Source of the DNA: Pseudomonadales bacterium
Lineage (GTDB): Bacteria > Pseudomonadota > Gammaproteobacteria > Pseudomonadales > UBA7239
DNA: 64,000 nucleotides
Reading direction: 5' to 3'
Assembly: GCA_035430165.1 (NCBI GenBank)
Contig: DAOMGE010000001.1
Span: forward strand, 121,804 to 185,803
Part shown: positions 45,878 to 55,547 of the stretch, piece by piece
Numbering within the stretch: the stretch's first letter is position 1
Layout: each line of letters opens with the position of its first letter
Notes under the pieces: model-generated
Database searches by the model: none
Told to the model about the DNA's origin: nothing
The model's input: the letters and a program-made list of their open reading frames with translations, nothing else
Translations under genes and position numbers: made by a program

Positions 45878-46939
45878 CTACGATTTACGGCCGAGTTTGC
45901 AATGCGTTGGTGTGAACGGCAGGAACACTTCCTTGCCGGTTTCGATGGATTCGTACAGCGCCACCAGCAGTTCAATACTCTTGCGCGCTTCACGGCCATC
46001 CACCAGTTGCGGCTTGTTGTTCACCAGACAATCGACCACATGCTTGTAATAGGCGCTGTGGCCAAAGCCGTAAACATCCGGCGGATTGACGGAATATTTC
46101 TCGATGACATCCGCATCGCCTTCCTGTTCTTCAACAAAACGCCAGGTCTGCATCTTGTTCACGGCAAAACCGCCGATAACCACAGTGCCCTTGTCTCCCA
46201 ACATGGAAATGGAACCTTCCAGGTCGACCGGACGTGCGCAGGTCGTGGCTTCCACCACACCGAGTGCACCGTTGCGAAATTTTACCGTGCCGACTGCCGT
46301 GTCTTCCGCTTCGATATCCACCAATGCGGTAATCGATTTGGCAAACACACTTTCCACGTCGCCCATCATCCAGCGCAACATATCGATGTGATGTACCGCC
46401 TGGTTTGTCAACACCCCGCCGTCCTGCGCCCACGTGCCGCGCCACGCATCCTGGCTGTAATATTTCTGGTCACGACTCCAGCGTACCCGCAAGGTGCCCA
46501 GCACCAGTTTGCCAAGGCGGCCCTGGTCACGCGCTTCTGCCATTTTCACCACGGGCACGTTGAAACGGTTCTGGTGCACAACAAATAAACGGACATTATT
46601 TTTGTCGCAAGCTTCGATCATCGCATCGGCATCAGCCAGCGACATCGCCATCGGTTTTTCGACAAGGATAGGCTTGCCGTATTTCGACAAACCGATCACG
46701 TGTTCGGCGTGATCGCCACTGGGCGTCAGCACCGATACCACGTCAATATTTTCTTTCTGCATCATCTCGTGCATATCGCGATACGCCGGCACATTCCACT
46801 GTGCTGCCATTTTTTCGGCGCGCGGGAAATCGATATCACACACGGCTGCCAGTTGGGCGCCTTCGGTATGGCCGCTGCCGAGCAGTTCAGCGTGGCGTTT
46901 CGCGATACGGCCGCAGCCAACCAGAGCAAATCTGAGCAT
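45878..46939 (-). CDS. Gfo/Idh/MocA family NAD(P)-dependent oxidoreductase (nucleotide-sugar dehydrogenase-like, WbpB-like)
   Basis: 353 aa. Has the N-terminal Rossmann motif LRFALVGCGRIAKRH and the EKPMA motif (ILVEKPMAMS). Confidence 0.85.
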   Translation of the reverse strand: MLRFALVGCGRIAKRHAELLGSGHTEGAQLAAVCDIDFPRAEKMAAQWNVPAYRDMHEMMQKENIDVVSVLTPSGDHAEHVIGLSKYGKPILVEKPMAMSLADADAMIEACDKNNVRLFVVHQNRFNVPVVKMAEARDQGRLGKLVLGTLRVRWSRDQKYYSQDAWRGTWAQDGGVLTNQAVHHIDMLRWMMGDVESVFAKSITALVDIEAEDTAVGTVKFRNGALGVVEATTCARPVDLEGSISMLGDKGTVVIGGFAVNKMQTWRFVEEQEGDADVIEKYSVNPPDVYGFGHSAYYKHVVDCLVNNKPQLVDGREARKSIELLVALYESIETGKEVFLPFTPTHCKLGRKS

Positions 46940-47003
46940 GATGTTTCCCCCTGAAGAAAATTAATCGTGCGATTTTAGCACAGCACGCATTCGGCTTCTT
47001 TGT

Positions 47004-47600
47004 TCAGCGACTTCCCACACCCAGCAACACGGCTACGCCCAGCCCGACAAAAATCAGGGCGGCAATGCTGTGAACCAGCTTCAGCGGGATCTTGTGTGCC
47101 GCCTGGCTGCCAACAATCACTGCGGGCACATTGGCGATCATCATGCCCAGCGTCGTACCGCCCACTACCCAGGCCAGCGATTGCGCATACTGCGCCGCGA
47201 GTGCAACGGTAGCGATCTGTGTCTTGTCTCCCATTTCCGCCAGGAAGAAAGCAATGACCGTGGTGATGAACACACTCGCATGCGGTTTCGCCAGCACCGC
47301 ATCATCGTCATCGAGCTTGTCGGGCACCATGATCCAGCCCGCCATCAGCAGGAAGCTGATACCGAGTATCCAGCGCAATAATTCCGGCCCGAGCAGGTGT
47401 GTGACGTAAGCGCCCAGTATCCCGGCACCGGCGTGATTGACGATGGTCGAAACGAAAATCCCGAAAATAATGGCGAGATGATGCTGGCGATAACGTGCTG
47501 CCAGTACCAGCGACAACAGTTGCGTCTTGTCACCGATTTCTGCCAGCGCAACGATGCCGGTCGATACCAGGAAGGGTTCGATAGTCGACAAGAATGTCAT
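47004..47600 (-). CDS. UPF0016/GDT1 (TMEM165) family cation (Ca2+/Mn2+) transporter
   Basis: 198 aa with two copies of the E-x-G-D-K-T motif (AEIGDKTQLL and AEMGDKTQIA). Confidence 0.85.
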   Translation of the reverse strand: MTFLSTIEPFLVSTGIVALAEIGDKTQLLSLVLAARYRQHHLAIIFGIFVSTIVNHAGAGILGAYVTHLLGPELLRWILGISFLLMAGWIMVPDKLDDDDAVLAKPHASVFITTVIAFFLAEMGDKTQIATVALAAQYAQSLAWVVGGTTLGMMIANVPAVIVGSQAAHKIPLKLVHSIAALIFVGLGVAVLLGVGSR

Positions 47601-47803
47601 CAGAGTTTTTTATCCTGCGCATCCACTTCTTCCGATTCCCTGATCAGGAAAGACAACACCAGGAACACGCCCAGTACCGCAAACTCGGTAATCAGCAGCT
47701 TGGCAAAGGTTTCATCCGTCCAGATGGAAAACCAGAGTTGGCCGAGACCCGTGACGACACCGAGCAGGAACACAACAAAACAGACAATCTGCATGGCATT
47801 CAT
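47600..47803 (-). CDS. Small two-TM membrane protein, unknown function
   Basis: 67 aa with two hydrophobic helices and an acidic C-terminus. Its stop overlaps the downstream GDT1 start (TGATG), which suggests translational coupling. Confidence 0.45.
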   Translation of the reverse strand: MNAMQIVCFVVFLLGVVTGLGQLWFSIWTDETFAKLLITEFAVLGVFLVLSFLIRESEEVDAQDKKL

Positions 47804-47818
47804 TCTTTGTGTCCCGTG

Positions 47819-48157
47819 TTACGGATTTTCAATCGGCACCACCTTCACGGCAGTGCCATAGCACAACACTTCGGTGACGCCCGCCATCAACTCGGTGGCG
47901 TCGTAGCGCATGCCGATGATGGCATTGGCACCGCTGTTGCTCGCGTGCTGGCACATGATCTTGTAGGCATCGGTGCGCGCTTTCTCACAGAGGTTGGTGT
48001 AGATGCTGATGTTGCCCCCAAGAATAGTCTGCAGGCCGCCAAAAAAATTGCCTATGATCGAACGCGAACGCACCACAATGCCGCGCACAATGCCGACGTT
48101 ACCAACGATGCGATAGCCGGGAAGTTCCAGCGCTGATGTCACCATGGATGGGGTCAT
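47819..48157 (-). CDS. ybjQ: YbjQ/UPF0145 family protein
   Basis: Start at MTPSMVTS (48157), with AGGAAA upstream. G.V.G..VRSRSI...F.GGL..I.GG.I..YT.L....R..A...M...A...GANA..G.R.D is the UPF0145 pattern. Confidence 0.85.
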   Translation of the reverse strand: MTPSMVTSALELPGYRIVGNVGIVRGIVVRSRSIIGNFFGGLQTILGGNISIYTNLCEKARTDAYKIMCQHASNSGANAIIGMRYDATELMAGVTEVLCYGTAVKVVPIENP

Positions 48158-48370
48158 GAATTTTTCCTGCTGGCAGTGGGTATGGGGCGCGATTCTACCG
48201 GCGCGCTGCCGCAGCTGTATACCAACCCGCACGCGAGGCAGAGCACGGCGGGGATTACCGCAGCCATCACCGGCCGGGGACGGCCATCTGTTACACTGGG
48301 GACTCCTAGTTCGTCCTCCCCGCCGCGGGTTGCAGCCATGCTGTCAGCGGCCACCCTCCCGCGAGATACC

Positions 48371-49912
48371 ATGCCTGCTACGTCCAGTTCTACCGTTACC
48401 CCCAATTCGTCCACTACGTCGTCTGTCACTACGTCATCTGTTACTACGGGCTTTGCTGCACTGGGGCTTTGTGATGCCCTCGTCCAGGCCGTCACCGGCA
48501 AGGGCTACACCGAACCCACACCCATCCAGCAACAGGCTATCCCGGCAGTGCTGGGCGGCGGCGACCTGCTCGGCGGCGCCCAGACCGGCACCGGCAAGAC
48601 AGCCGCGTTTACCCTGCCGATCCTGCAATTGCTGTCCACCCGTCCAGCGCCGGCCGGCCGCACCCGCCAGAGCATCCGGGCGCTGATCCTGACTCCCACC
48701 CGCGAATTGGCGGCCCAGGTGCAGGAAAGTGTGCGCGACTACGGCAATGGCTTGCGCCTGAAATCAATGGCCATGTTCGGCGGCGTGAGCATCAACCCGC
48801 AAATCAAGCAGATCACCGATACCGACATCCTCGTCGCCACCCCCGGCCGCCTGCTCGACCACGTGCAACAGCGCACGATTGACCTGTCGCGCGTCGAGAT
48901 TCTTGTGCTCGACGAAGCCGATCGTATGCTGGACATGGGCTTTATCCACGACATCAAGCGCCTGCTGAAACTGTTGCCACAGAAACGGCAGAACCTGCTG
49001 TTTTCCGCGACCTTTTCCGACGAGATCAAACAGCTGGCCGAAGGCCTGTTGCACAAACCCGTGTTGATTGAAGTGGCGCGCCGCAATGCTGCCGCCGAGA
49101 CCATCGCCCAACGGGTGTTGCTGGTCGATCGTGAGCGCAAACGTGAGCTGCTGACCAAGCTGATCCAGGACCATAACTGGTACCAGGTGCTGGTGTTCAC
49201 ACGCACCAAGCACGGCGCCAACCGGCTGGCCGAACAGCTGGAGAAATCCGGCATCACGGCCATGGCCATCCATGGCAACAAGAGCCAGGGCGCGCGCACC
49301 AAGGCGCTCAGTGAATTCAAGACCGGCAAGCTGCAAGTACTGGTGGCAACCGATATCGCCGCGCGCGGTATCGACATCAGCGAGCTGCCACACGTGGTCA
49401 ACTTCGAGCTGCCCAATGTGGCCGAGGATTATGTACACCGTATCGGCCGTACCGGTCGCGCCGGCTCCGAGGGCGAGGCGCTGTCGCTGGTCTGTGTCGA
49501 TGAACACGGCCTGCTGGCGGGTGTCGAGCGCCTGCTGAAACGCAAGTTCGACCGCGAGGTCATCCCCGGTTTCGCACCGGACTTGTCGATCAAACCGGAA
49601 CCGATCCAGAACGGCAGCCGCTCCGGTGGCGGCCGGTCACAAAATGGCCGCTCACAGAACGGCGGCGGTGGGCAGGGACAAGGTCGCAGACCGCAGCGAA
49701 CCGGCGATGCCCCGGCGCGCCTCGGCGAGAAACCTCGCCCTGCAGGTGGCGCCAGATCCTCAAGCTCAACCAGCAAGCCACAAGCCTCTGGCAACCGCCA
49801 TACCGGTGGCGCGCCCAGCGGCAACAGCCCAAGCAGGCCTTCGAGCAATAGACCCGCCAGCCCCAAACCCTCGGGCACCCGTTCTTTCGGCCCTCGCAGC
49901 GGTAACCGCTAA
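48371..49912 (+). CDS. rhlE: DEAD-box ATP-dependent RNA helicase RhlE, with a Ser/Thr-rich N-terminal leader and an Arg/Gly/Ser-rich C-terminal tail
   Basis: Contains the Q motif ([13 protein letters not shown]), [27 protein letters not shown] and [10 protein letters not shown]. The start is uncertain (48338 or 48371). The upstream part of the ORF-track frame looks non-coding. Confidence 0.88.
   Translation: MPATSSSTVTPNSSTTSSVTTSSVTTGFAALGLCDALVQAVTGKGYTEPTPIQQQAIPAVLGGGDLLGGAQTGTGKTAAFTLPILQLLSTRPAPAGRTRQSIRALILTPTRELAAQVQESVRDYGNGLRLKSMAMFGGVSINPQIKQITDTDILVATPGRLLDHVQQRTIDLSRVEILVLDEADRMLDMGFIHDIKRLLKLLPQKRQNLLFSATFSDEIKQLAEGLLHKPVLIEVARRNAAAETIAQRVLLVDRERKRELLTKLIQDHNWYQVLVFTRTKHGANRLAEQLEKSGITAMAIHGNKSQGARTKALSEFKTGKLQVLVATDIAARGIDISELPHVVNFELPNVAEDYVHRIGRTGRAGSEGEALSLVCVDEHGLLAGVERLLKRKFDREVIPGFAPDLSIKPEPIQNGSRSGGGRSQNGRSQNGGGGQGQGRRPQRTGDAPARLGEKPRPAGGARSSSSTSKPQASGNRHTGGAPSGNSPSRPSSNRPASPKPSGTRSFGPRSGNR
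48412..48450 (+). repeat. 15-nt tandem repeat (about 2.6 copies) inside the rhlE 5' end
   Basis: CACTACGTCGTCTGT / CACTACGTCATCTGT / TACTACGGG, which encodes [12 protein letters not shown]. Confidence 0.7.
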
Positions 49913-49923
49913 TCCCGACCCGC

Positions 49924-51132
49924 ATGGCCGCTGACGCCCCTCGCCCGTCTCGCCTGCCCTTCGCCATCTGGGCGCTGGGCATGGTCAGCCTGTTCGGGGA
50001 TGTGGCCTCGGAAATGATTTTCAGCCTGTTACCTGCCTTCCTCACCAGTGAGCTGGGCGCCAGCGCGCTGATGGTCGGGCTGATTGTTGGCATGGGTGAA
50101 GCCACGGCGCTGACCGTCAAGATTATTTCTGGCCCACTGTCAGACCGGCTGGGCCAGCGCAAATGGCTGGCACTGGTCGGCTATGGCATGGCTGCCCTGA
50201 TGAAACCCTTTTTTGCGATAGCGGGATCGCCACTGCATGTCCTGTTTGCCCACCTGCTCGACCGCACGGGCAAAGGCATACGCGGTGCGCCGCGCGATGC
50301 GCTGATCGCCGACATCACGCCACCCTCGATGCGCGGTGCCGCTTACGGTTTACGGCAGGCGCTGGACAGCCTCGGTGCCATTCTCGGCCCACTGCTGGCA
50401 CTGGTGCTGATGGCGTTGTGGGCCAACAACATCCGCGCCGTGTTCTGGGTAGCCGCCATACCAGCTGCCATCTCGGTCATCATCCTGTTTTTCGGTGTGC
50501 AGGAGCCGGCCGGACTGGTGAAAAGCAGCGTCGGCAACCCGCTTGCCCGTACCAACCTGCGTCGCCTGCCCCCGGCTTTCTGGCATGTGGTGCTGTTTGG
50601 TGGCCTGTTCACACTGGCGCGCTTCAACCAGGCCTTCCTGGTGTTGCGCGTACAACAAGGTGGACTGGCACTGGGACATCTGCCCATGGTGCTAGTAGCC
50701 ATGAACGTGGTGTACGCCCTGTCAGCCTACCCATTGGGCAAGCTGGCCGATCGCATGGCGCACAAACACTTGCTCGCCATCGGCATGCTGTTACTCGTCA
50801 GTGCTGACCTGCTACTTGCGCACAGCAATCAAGGCTATTTCGTCTGGATGGGTGTGGGGCTCTGGGGCCTGCACATGGGTGCGACCCAGGGATTGCTGGC
50901 GGCGATGGTCGCTGACACCGCACCGACCGACCTGCGCGGAACGGCGTTCGGCGTGTTCAATCTGGTAGCAGGACTGGCGCTGTTATGTAGCGGGGGCACG
51001 GCAGGACTGGTATGGGATCATTTCGGCGCCCGATACACCTTTATTTTCGGGGCCAGCATGGCACTGCTAGCGCTGGTCGCCTTGCTGATACACAGCCAAT
51101 CGGCCAGAAAAAGCAGGAAATCTCAGATATAG
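49924..51132 (+). CDS. MFS transporter
   Basis: 402 aa with 12 predicted hydrophobic segments and the D-R-x-G-R-K-like loop motif ([10 protein letters not shown]). Confidence 0.8.
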   Translation: MAADAPRPSRLPFAIWALGMVSLFGDVASEMIFSLLPAFLTSELGASALMVGLIVGMGEATALTVKIISGPLSDRLGQRKWLALVGYGMAALMKPFFAIAGSPLHVLFAHLLDRTGKGIRGAPRDALIADITPPSMRGAAYGLRQALDSLGAILGPLLALVLMALWANNIRAVFWVAAIPAAISVIILFFGVQEPAGLVKSSVGNPLARTNLRRLPPAFWHVVLFGGLFTLARFNQAFLVLRVQQGGLALGHLPMVLVAMNVVYALSAYPLGKLADRMAHKHLLAIGMLLLVSADLLLAHSNQGYFVWMGVGLWGLHMGATQGLLAAMVADTAPTDLRGTAFGVFNLVAGLALLCSGGTAGLVWDHFGARYTFIFGASMALLALVALLIHSQSARKSRKSQI

Positions 51133-51776
51133 CGACTGCTGCGCGTCATCAGGCGCGACACCAGTGTCATCCCTTTCTTCACGGGCGCAGGAAAACGCAA
51201 GCCACCGGCTGCAAGTGCGGCATGGCTGTGATGCGCCTCGTCTTCCAACATCTTTTCGACAATCGCCCGGCTCTTGTCATCATGCACGGGCAGCGTTTGC
51301 AGATGCTCTTCGAGATGCTCGCAGACCTGGTCCTCGATGGCCGATACGAAACCGAGGCTGACCTTGTCGCCGACCAGCCCGGCTGCCGCGCCCAGACCGA
51401 ACGACATGCCGTACCAGAGCGGGTTCAGCAGCGACAGGTGGCCGCCAAGTTGCTTCACGCGTTCCTCGCACCAGGCAAGGTGATCGATTTCCTCGTCCGC
51501 TGCCCGTTCCATCTCCGCCCGCACGGCAGGCAATTGCGCCGTCAATGCCTGTCCCTGGTAGAGCGCTTGCGCGCAGACTTCCCCGGTGTGGTTGACGCGC
51601 ATCAGGCCGCTGGCCAGCTTGCGCTCGTCTGCTGTCAGTGAGCACTCCGCTTCCTGCAGGGCTGGCGACTGGCGCAGGGATGGCCGTGTGTTGCCGGTCA
51701 GTGTGCGCAGGGCACGGTCAGCCGTCATCAGGGCGTGGTCGATGGGCGATAACTGGCGATTTTCCAACATGCTCAC
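51123..51776 (-). CDS. coq7: Demethoxyubiquinone hydroxylase (di-iron Coq7 family)
   Basis: 217 aa. The di-iron ExxH motifs are present ([14 protein letters not shown]) along with RVNHTGE.CAQALY. Confidence 0.9.
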   Translation of the reverse strand: MSMLENRQLSPIDHALMTADRALRTLTGNTRPSLRQSPALQEAECSLTADERKLASGLMRVNHTGEVCAQALYQGQALTAQLPAVRAEMERAADEEIDHLAWCEERVKQLGGHLSLLNPLWYGMSFGLGAAAGLVGDKVSLGFVSAIEDQVCEHLEEHLQTLPVHDDKSRAIVEKMLEDEAHHSHAALAAGGLRFPAPVKKGMTLVSRLMTRSSRYI

Positions 51777-51901
51777 AAGTTCCGGGGCGTGTAATCCATG
51801 GTCGCCAGTTTACCACTTGTCACAGTATGTGACGCCCTTGTGCGGATGGTAGAATGCTGTCCTTCCCGTCATCCCACCAGCAGTAGAAGAGGAGCTCCGC
51901 C

Positions 51902-53029
51902 GTGGATCTCGATTTCAACGAAGAACAAGTCATGCTGCGCGACACCGCGCGCGGCATATGTGAAGAATTGTCCCCGTCGGCCATCGTGCGGGCGATGGAG
52001 CAGGACGAGACCGGTTTTTCTGCGCCGTTCTGGAAGCAGCTGGCCGAACTGGGTATCACCAGCCTCGGCATTCCCGAAGCGCATGGCGGCATGGCCTGGG
52101 GCGCGCTGGAAATGGCTATCGTCTATGAAGAATTCGGCCGCTCACTGGCGCCGAGCCCGCACTGGGCCAGTTGCGTATTGTCCGCCAAACTGCTGGAACT
52201 GGCCGGCACCGACGCACAACAATCCGCACTGCTGCCCGGTATTGCCGCTGGCGAAACCATCGTCGTGCCGGCATGGCTGGAACCCAAAAACGGTTTTGGC
52301 CCGGAAGGCGTACAACTGCGCGCGGCAAAACAGGGTGACACGTATGTATTGAACGGCACCAAATTGCTGGTGCCTTTTGCGTCCAGCGCATCAAGGCTGC
52401 TGGTATTGGCGCGCACCGGTGAAGGGGTACAGGATGTGGCCGGTTTGCTGGTTGATCCTGCTGCACAAGGCGTAACGATCACGCGCGAACGCAACCATGC
52501 TGACGATGCGCTATACCAAGTGGATTTCAACCATGTCAGCGTTGCCACTGTCGATGTGCTCGAGCAGAAAAACTTCTGGGGCGCATGGGATGAAGCCATG
52601 ACCCGCTCGATTGTTGCGCAAGCGGCACAGGCGATCGGTGCTGCCGAAGCCATCCATGCCATGGCAACCGACTATTCCAAGCAACGTGTGCAGTTTGGCA
52701 AACCCATCGGCTCCTTCCAGGCCATCGCGCATTATCTCGCCGACCTGATTGTAAAAATCGAGGGCGCGAAAGTGCTGGTGTACCAGGCCGCGTGGGCCAT
52801 CGACAACAACAAGCCTTACGCAAAACTGGCCGCGCAGGCCAAGTTGCAAGCCTGCAATGTTTTCCGTGAAGCGTCTGCGACCGGCGTACAAATCCACGGC
52901 GGTTTCGGTTTCACCTCCGAAGGCGATCCGCAATTGTATTTCCGCCGCGCCAAACACTGGCAGTTGATGAACTGGGATTCTTCGTATCTGGAAAAACGTA
53001 TTGCTGCGTTGGTGCTAGATGCAGCGTGA
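51902..53029 (+). CDS. Acyl-CoA dehydrogenase family protein
   Basis: GTG start. The N-terminus MDLDFNEEQVMLRDTAR and the C-terminus QIHGGFGFTSE...YFRRAK are ACAD signatures. Confidence 0.9.
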   Translation: MDLDFNEEQVMLRDTARGICEELSPSAIVRAMEQDETGFSAPFWKQLAELGITSLGIPEAHGGMAWGALEMAIVYEEFGRSLAPSPHWASCVLSAKLLELAGTDAQQSALLPGIAAGETIVVPAWLEPKNGFGPEGVQLRAAKQGDTYVLNGTKLLVPFASSASRLLVLARTGEGVQDVAGLLVDPAAQGVTITRERNHADDALYQVDFNHVSVATVDVLEQKNFWGAWDEAMTRSIVAQAAQAIGAAEAIHAMATDYSKQRVQFGKPIGSFQAIAHYLADLIVKIEGAKVLVYQAAWAIDNNKPYAKLAAQAKLQACNVFREASATGVQIHGGFGFTSEGDPQLYFRRAKHWQLMNWDSSYLEKRIAALVLDAA

Positions 53030-53085
53030 TGAAATAGATGGGCGTGATAAATCACGCCCCTACGCAAAAAACTAACGGGGTTTTT

Positions 53086-53967
53086 ATGGGAATTCTTGAC
53101 GGCAAAGCAGCCATCGTTACCGGCAGTGGACGTGGCGTAGGTCGCGGTCACTGTCTCCATCTGGCAAAGAACGGCGCAAAAGTTGTTGTGAATGATATTT
53201 TGCTGGAAGAAGCGCAAAAAGTTGCTGATGAAATCAATGCGTCGGGCGGCGAAGCCATTGCCAGCAACGCCGACATTGGCACACGCGCCGGCTGCGAATC
53301 ACTGGTGCAACAGTGTGTGGATGCGTTCGGCCATATCGACATCGCCATCAACAACGCCGGCATTGTGCGCGACAAGACCTTACTGAAACTGGAAGATGCC
53401 GATTTTGATCTGGTGTTGCGCATCCACGTGATGGGCACGTTCTGGATTGCACAAGCCGCTGCGAAAAAAATGATCGAGCAAGGCACAGGCGGCTCGATTA
53501 TCAACACCACATCCGGCGCACATTTCGGCAGCTTCGGACAGACGAATTATTCCGCTGCCAAAGGCGCAATTGCATCGATGACCTACACCTGGGCGATGGA
53601 ACTGGCGAAGCACGGCATTCGTGTCAACGCGATTGGCCCGCTCGCCACCACACACATGTCGGCCACGTTTTCTGACGCCGACAAGATGCCGTATTTTCCG
53701 CCAGAAAATAACGGCCCGATTGTGTGCTGGTTGTGCAGCGACGAAGCGGATTTTGTTTCCGGCCAGATTTTCGGCACCGGCGGCGATCGCATCTCGCACA
53801 TGGTGCAACCGCATTACGGCAAGACACTCATACAACCGGGCGGCTGGGAAATCGACCAGATCCGCACGTATTTCAAACAGCACATGCAACCGGAGTTCGG
53901 CGCGTTCGGCATGCTCGGCAAACCGTACCCGTTCCACGCCGGCGTTAAACCACCGGCAAAAGATTGA
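53086..53967 (+). CDS. SDR family oxidoreductase
   Basis: Start at MGILDGKAAIVTGSGRGVGRG (TGxxxGxG). Also has NNAG and the YSAAK catalytic motif. Confidence 0.85.
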   Translation: MGILDGKAAIVTGSGRGVGRGHCLHLAKNGAKVVVNDILLEEAQKVADEINASGGEAIASNADIGTRAGCESLVQQCVDAFGHIDIAINNAGIVRDKTLLKLEDADFDLVLRIHVMGTFWIAQAAAKKMIEQGTGGSIINTTSGAHFGSFGQTNYSAAKGAIASMTYTWAMELAKHGIRVNAIGPLATTHMSATFSDADKMPYFPPENNGPIVCWLCSDEADFVSGQIFGTGGDRISHMVQPHYGKTLIQPGGWEIDQIRTYFKQHMQPEFGAFGMLGKPYPFHAGVKPPAKD

Positions 53968-53974
53968 CCTCCCC

Positions 53975-54045
53975 GATTCGCTGCGCGAATCACCCCTCCT
54001 ACCCAGCAGGAGGGGCATCGTCTCCCCTGCGTAGTAGGGGAGATG
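53975..54045. repeat. Three consecutive short GC-rich hairpins in the SDR / HMGCS-like intergenic region
   Basis: GATTCGC-tgc-GCGAATC (53975-53991), CCCCTCC-9 nt-GGAGGGG (53993-54015) and TCTCCCCT-gcgtagt-AGGGGAGA (54021-54043). Confidence 0.5.
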
Positions 54046-54095
54046 CTGAACGCAGTGAAGCAGAGGGGTCATCATCAGGTTAGCGAGGTTTTAAT

Positions 54096-55547
54096 ATGAT
54101 CGGTATTGTTTCTTACGGCGCATACATTCCGCGCATGCGTTTGCCGGCATCGGTGATGGCGGGCAAGGCACCCAAAGAAGGCGGCCCGGAAAAAGCCGTG
54201 GCATGGATGGACGAAGACAGCGTGACGATGGCCGTCGCCGCAGCACAAAACTGCTTGCAGGGTTTTGATCGCTCGCGTGTCGATGCCGTGCTGTTTGCGA
54301 CAACAACTTACGCGTTTGCCGAGAAACAAGGTGCCGCGATTATCGCAAAAGCCCTGAACCTGAAAGGTGACGTGCGCACGGCAGATATTTCCCACAGCAC
54401 CCGTTCGGGCAGTATTGCATTGCAATCTGCTGTGGATGCCGTGAAAGCGGGCAGCGCAGCACGCGTGCTGGTGATTGCCGCCGATTGCCGCATGGGCGCA
54501 CCCGGTTCCGGTTTTGAAGCGAATACCGGCGATGCTGCCGCTGCCTTTCTCGTCGGTGCAGAAGGCGCGATTGCATCACTGGATTGTGCGTGCGCGCACA
54601 CCACGGAAATTATCGACATCTGGCGCAAACAGGGCGACCGTTTTGTGCACAGTTGGGAAGACCGTTTCGTCAACGTACACGGCTACATCGACAACACGGT
54701 TGCTGCCATCAAGGGTCTGTTTGCAAAAAGCGGCAAGACCGCCGCCGATATTGCGAAAGCCGCGCTGTACGCACCGGAAGCGCGTTCGCTTGGCGAAATG
54801 AGCAAAGCCGCCGGCATTGCGAAAGAACAAATCCAGGACACTTTGTTTGGTAAAGTCGGCAATGCCGGTTCAGCTTACGCACCCCTGTTGTTGATTGCCG
54901 CACTGGAAAATGCGAAAGCGGGTGAAAAAATTCTCGTTGCCAATTATGGCGACGGTGCTGATGCGATGTTATTCACCGTCACGGGTGCTCGCAACAAGGC
55001 AGAAGGCTATCGCAGCGTGAACGATTTGTTGGCGCACCGCAAAGTGGTTGATGCTTATGGCAAATACATGAAAGCGCGCGGCCTGACGATTACCGAATAT
55101 CCTGAAAACGACGATCAGGGAATTTCTGCCACGGTGCATTACCGTGAACGCGATGAGGATTTGTCGCTCGAAGGCCAACAGTGCACGCACTGTGGCACGC
55201 ACCAGTTTCCGAAAGGCCGCGTTTGCGTGCGCTGCCATGCAAAAGATTTGTGGACGCCATCCTGCTACAGCGATCTCACCGGCAAAGTGGTGACCTACAC
55301 ACTCGATGCATTTTTTCCATCACCGGAACCACCAACCGCTGTCGGCATTATTGAAGTGGTGAACGCCGATGGCTCGGCCGGCCCACGCATCCACATGCAG
55401 ATCGGCGAAACCACGCCGAAAGATATCGCCATTGATTTGCCGGTTGAATTCACCTTCCGCTGCATCCACCGCGTCGGTTTGCGTCCGAATTATTTCTGGA
55501 AATGTACGCCCATTGCCACAGCTGTCGCTGAAGGAGCTGCCGCATGA
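54096..55547 (+). CDS. HMG-CoA synthase-like (thiolase-fold) domain fused to a C-terminal DUF35-type zinc-ribbon/OB-fold domain
   Basis: The N-terminus MIGIVSYGAYIPRMRL...DEDSVTMAV resembles archaeal-type HMGCS. The C-terminus has the CTHCGTHQFPKGRVCVRC zinc ribbon followed by an OB-like segment. The RBS GCGAGG lies upstream. Confidence 0.75.
   Translation: MIGIVSYGAYIPRMRLPASVMAGKAPKEGGPEKAVAWMDEDSVTMAVAAAQNCLQGFDRSRVDAVLFATTTYAFAEKQGAAIIAKALNLKGDVRTADISHSTRSGSIALQSAVDAVKAGSAARVLVIAADCRMGAPGSGFEANTGDAAAAFLVGAEGAIASLDCACAHTTEIIDIWRKQGDRFVHSWEDRFVNVHGYIDNTVAAIKGLFAKSGKTAADIAKAALYAPEARSLGEMSKAAGIAKEQIQDTLFGKVGNAGSAYAPLLLIAALENAKAGEKILVANYGDGADAMLFTVTGARNKAEGYRSVNDLLAHRKVVDAYGKYMKARGLTITEYPENDDQGISATVHYRERDEDLSLEGQQCTHCGTHQFPKGRVCVRCHAKDLWTPSCYSDLTGKVVTYTLDAFFPSPEPPTAVGIIEVVNADGSAGPRIHMQIGETTPKDIAIDLPVEFTFRCIHRVGLRPNYFWKCTPIATAVAEGAAA

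Noticed and set aside
34312-46939. I considered whether the accessory block is a mobile genomic island.
   Set aside because: There is no integrase, transposase, tRNA attachment site or flanking direct repeat within the window. Only the compositional difference, which is strongest in the giant gene, hints at foreign origin, so I do not call a mobile element.
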